Origin: Octopus sinensis
Lineage: Eukaryota
DNA length: 64,000 bases
Assembly (NCBI RefSeq): GCF_006345805.1
Contig: NC_043026.1
Coordinates: forward strand, 4,092,001 to 4,156,000
Direction: 5' to 3'
The notes beneath the pieces are model-generated. The model saw only the letters and a program-made list of their open reading frames with translations. It ran no database searches and was not told where the DNA came from. The first letter of the stretch is position 1, and every line of letters begins with the position of its first letter. Below, one piece after another: positions 63,269 through 64,000 of this stretch. The position numbers and the translations under genes are program-made.

Positions 63269-63415
63269 ATGGAGTTGAACCTGCGTAGAAAATCTCACCC
63301 GATGTCGGCGCTGGAGGTCACGCCTGGCTGTGCAGCAAGTTCGAAGCAGTATTTCAAGCACCTTGTGAGTCCACATGACAGTATCATAGCGATATCTCTC
63401 AAATACGATGTCTCA
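63269..63415 (+). CDS. LysM half-domain exon, variant V3: MELNLRRKSHPMSALEVTPGCAASSKQYFKHLVSPHDSIIAISLKYDVS
   Basis: Strong Kozak context (ACCATGG). The LysM first half (YFKHLVSPHDSIIAISLKYDVS) aligns with V1 and V2 and ends at a phase-0 donor TCA|GTAAGT at 63416. It is below the ORF-track length cut-off. The frame is also open from 63227. Confidence 0.85.
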
Positions 63416-63597
63416 GTAAGTCGAAATTAGGGGTTTTTCATTGCTCTCTCTCTCTCTCTCTCCCCCCATTTATTCTATTCTACACGTTTATTCGCCCCCT
63501 TTTGTCTCCACAGCCCTAGGGTCCTCTCTTTTTCCTTATCCCCTGTAACCTCTCTCTTTCTATCTCATCTTCTTTCTCTTCTACTTTTGTCATCTCT

Positions 63598-63640
<43 letters not shown>

Positions 63641-63733
63641 TCTGTCTTCTGCTTTGCGGTTTTAGTATTTTCGGCATTCTTTCGATATAACTCGACAAAA
63701 TCAAAACATTTCACTTCGGCTATTTCCGTGGGT

Positions 63734-64000
63734 GGCAATCTTTCGTCTCTAGTAGACCTTTCCGTCGATTTCCGTAAAAAATTTTTTTGTTTTTACATAT
63801 GGGCTTGCGGGAACTTTTGAAGTAATGAGAGCGAAAGAGACTAAGAGGAAGCGATTGTATGACGAGGGAAGTTCTTTTGAAGTTACCGTGCATGTGAAGC
63901 ATTGATGTACATGTGTGTGTGTGTGTGTGTGTGTTTGATGGGGTGTGGGAGACAGACAGTATGTTGTGTAAGTGAAGTGCTTCTGTTAGTGTGTGTGAAG
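63734..64000 (+). mobile_element. Merlin-like MITE, truncated by the window edge
   Basis: Near-identical to 8045-8320. Confidence 0.85.

Overview
Repeat-saturated, AT-rich animal genomic DNA, most likely from an octopus (inferred from the tRNA-headed SINE families, RTE LINEs and dense microsatellites). Almost all ORFs in the supplied track are artefacts of microsatellites or repeats. Only about 0.4 kb is credible host coding sequence. (1) The first coding exon of TFIIA-gamma (GTF2A2) lies on the minus strand at 3662-3733 and is absent from the ORF track. (2) Three separate plus-strand exons (10511-10681, 41938-42033, 63269-63415) each encode a different N-terminus plus the first half of a LYSMD1/2-type LysM domain. 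Each ends at the same codon (K-Y-x-V-S) with a phase-0 GT donor, and I found no exon for the second half of the domain anywhere in the window. The simplest reading is one LysM gene with at least three alternative first exons spliced to a shared exon beyond the right edge, giving a half-variable, half-constant LysM domain. The second notable signal is a cluster of Penelope-type type I hammerhead ribozyme motifs at 47.1-50.5 kb, one of them on the sense strand of the LysM intron. The rest is SINEs, RTE and RTE-X-like LINE fragments, Helitrons, MITEs, TE-derived minisatellites and several foldback or templated-insertion scars. I found no CRISPR array, rRNA or true tRNA gene. All sequence comparisons were done by eye and no database was searched.
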